Positions 63,491-64,000 of a DNA stretch of 64,000 nt are shown one piece after another. The notes beneath the pieces were generated by a model. The model saw nothing but the letters and a program-made list of their open reading frames with translations, was not told the DNA's origin and made no database searches. Origin of the DNA: Phycisphaerae bacterium (GTDB lineage: Bacteria > Planctomycetota > Phycisphaerae > Sedimentisphaerales > UBA12454). Made by a program: the position numbers and the translations under genes. How positions within the stretch are numbered: the stretch's first letter is position 1; each line of letters opens with the position of its first letter. The stretch covers positions 961 through 64,960 of the forward strand of contig JBAZTW010000007.1 in NCBI GenBank assembly GCA_041661665.1, given 5' to 3'.

Positions 63491-64000
63491 TCATTTTTTT
63501 GCAAATGTATTTACGAGAAGGGTTTCAAATCTTTTCATTTCTTCTTTATGAAAAGTAAAGACATCTTCATAGGCAGTAACCATTCTTTTTAAATCACCTT
63601 TACGCACATACCAACCAATACCATCCACAAAACCTATAAAAACGGCCTTGGGATAATGTTGCTTTAACAGCGTATCAATCGAAATTTCTGTTTTGGACTT
63701 ATCCCCTTGCCCCGAAGATGTTGTTGCCAAAAATGAACTTTCAGCAATTATTAATGGGTTCTTTTTGTTTGGAATAATAAAATCCATTGTTCGTTTATTA
63801 TCTGGAGCATTATCAATTAATTCTGTCAAATCTCCTCGTTCATACGTTATTCCCAACCTTTCTAAAATCTCTTCAACAACAGTCTCTGGATTGTTGCCAG
63901 CCATTCCTGAATAGCTACCCTTTTCTTTGTATCTAATGAGCGTATCGATCAATTCTGGAATTTCAAACTTCAATTTTGATATACTTAATTTTTTTAATTC
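63491..64000 (-). CDS. PD-(D/E)XK-like protein, candidate restriction endonuclease; 5' end probably outside the window
   Basis: The frame stays open to the window edge, because the ORF-track start at 63973 is a TTG. Core MDFIIPNKKNPLIIAESSFLATTSSGQGDKSK resembles the core of the 13259 ORF (LDFIGRFNGKYVIGESKFLTDFGGHQN). First gene of the operon. Confidence 0.5.
   Translation of the reverse strand, partial: ELKKLSISKLKFEIPELIDTLIRYKEKGSYSGMAGNNPETVVEEILERLGITYERGDLTELIDNAPDNKRTMDFIIPNKKNPLIIAESSFLATTSSGQGDKSKTEISIDTLLKQHYPKAVFIGFVDGIGWYVRKGDLKRMVTAYEDVFTFHKEEMKRFETLLVNTFAKK

Noticed and set aside
308-64000. Possible CRISPR array suggested by the many short periodic repeats (CTCTGTG, CCTTTGTG, CCTTACTT, TTGATTTT runs).
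   Set aside because: Repeat units are 7-8 nt and directly abutting or arranged as inverted arms. There are no 25-40-nt repeats separated by unique spacers of similar length, and no cas genes are present.

Overview
This 64-kb window is a bacterial chromosomal segment with about 58 protein genes and one tmRNA. I found no rRNA, tRNA or CRISPR array.

The gene content suggests a PVC-superphylum or Planctomycetota-like organism. This is an inference from the pseudopilin-like H-X(9-10)-DG protein, the long-N-terminus sigma-70 factor, the PPi-PFK and the intergenic 'word' repeats.

**Housekeeping backbone**
- Translation and RNA: rsmA, ssrA, gltX, alaS, der, thpR.
- Nucleotide and amino-acid metabolism: purE (partial), pdxB, an RNase HI-PurN fusion, leuA-leuC-leuD-leuB, glyA.
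- DNA and segregation: recA, and parB with two parS sites.
- Other: mlaE-mlaF and PPi-PFK.

**AT-rich accessory insertions**
1. A two-gene R-M cassette (13.26-15.20 kb) lies between recA and alaS. It is bracketed by a ~41-nt direct duplication of the alaS start region.
2. A membrane-protein plus class-II Fic locus (19.9-21.7 kb) has a consensus, apparently leaderless promoter carrying three CGTGAAAA boxes.
3. At the right edge (60.6-64.0 kb) is a tightly coupled minus-strand operon. It encodes a PD-(D/E)XK-like protein (5' end off-window), a DUF262/DUF1524 (GmrSD/SspE-like) protein and a beta-class DNA methyltransferase. I consider this the best candidate for an uncharacterised composite defence system.

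**Non-coding signal**
Almost every intergenic spacer is filled with hairpin-forming elements. These are built from short conserved cores plus arms of 7-8-nt periodic 'words' (CTCTGTG, CCTTTGTG, CTTCAAT, TTGATTTT, CCTTACTT, CTGATAA). A second set of palindromic words (GTAGGGTGG..CCACGC, GTCCTGAGC..TCGAAGG, GTCATTCCCGCG.., CAGAGCCCAAGCGATAGCGCAGGG, GTAGGGGCAGACC..) is often nested one inside another. Some of these elements abut or supply start and stop regions of genes.

All functional calls come from reading the translations and recalling family motifs. No database search was run.
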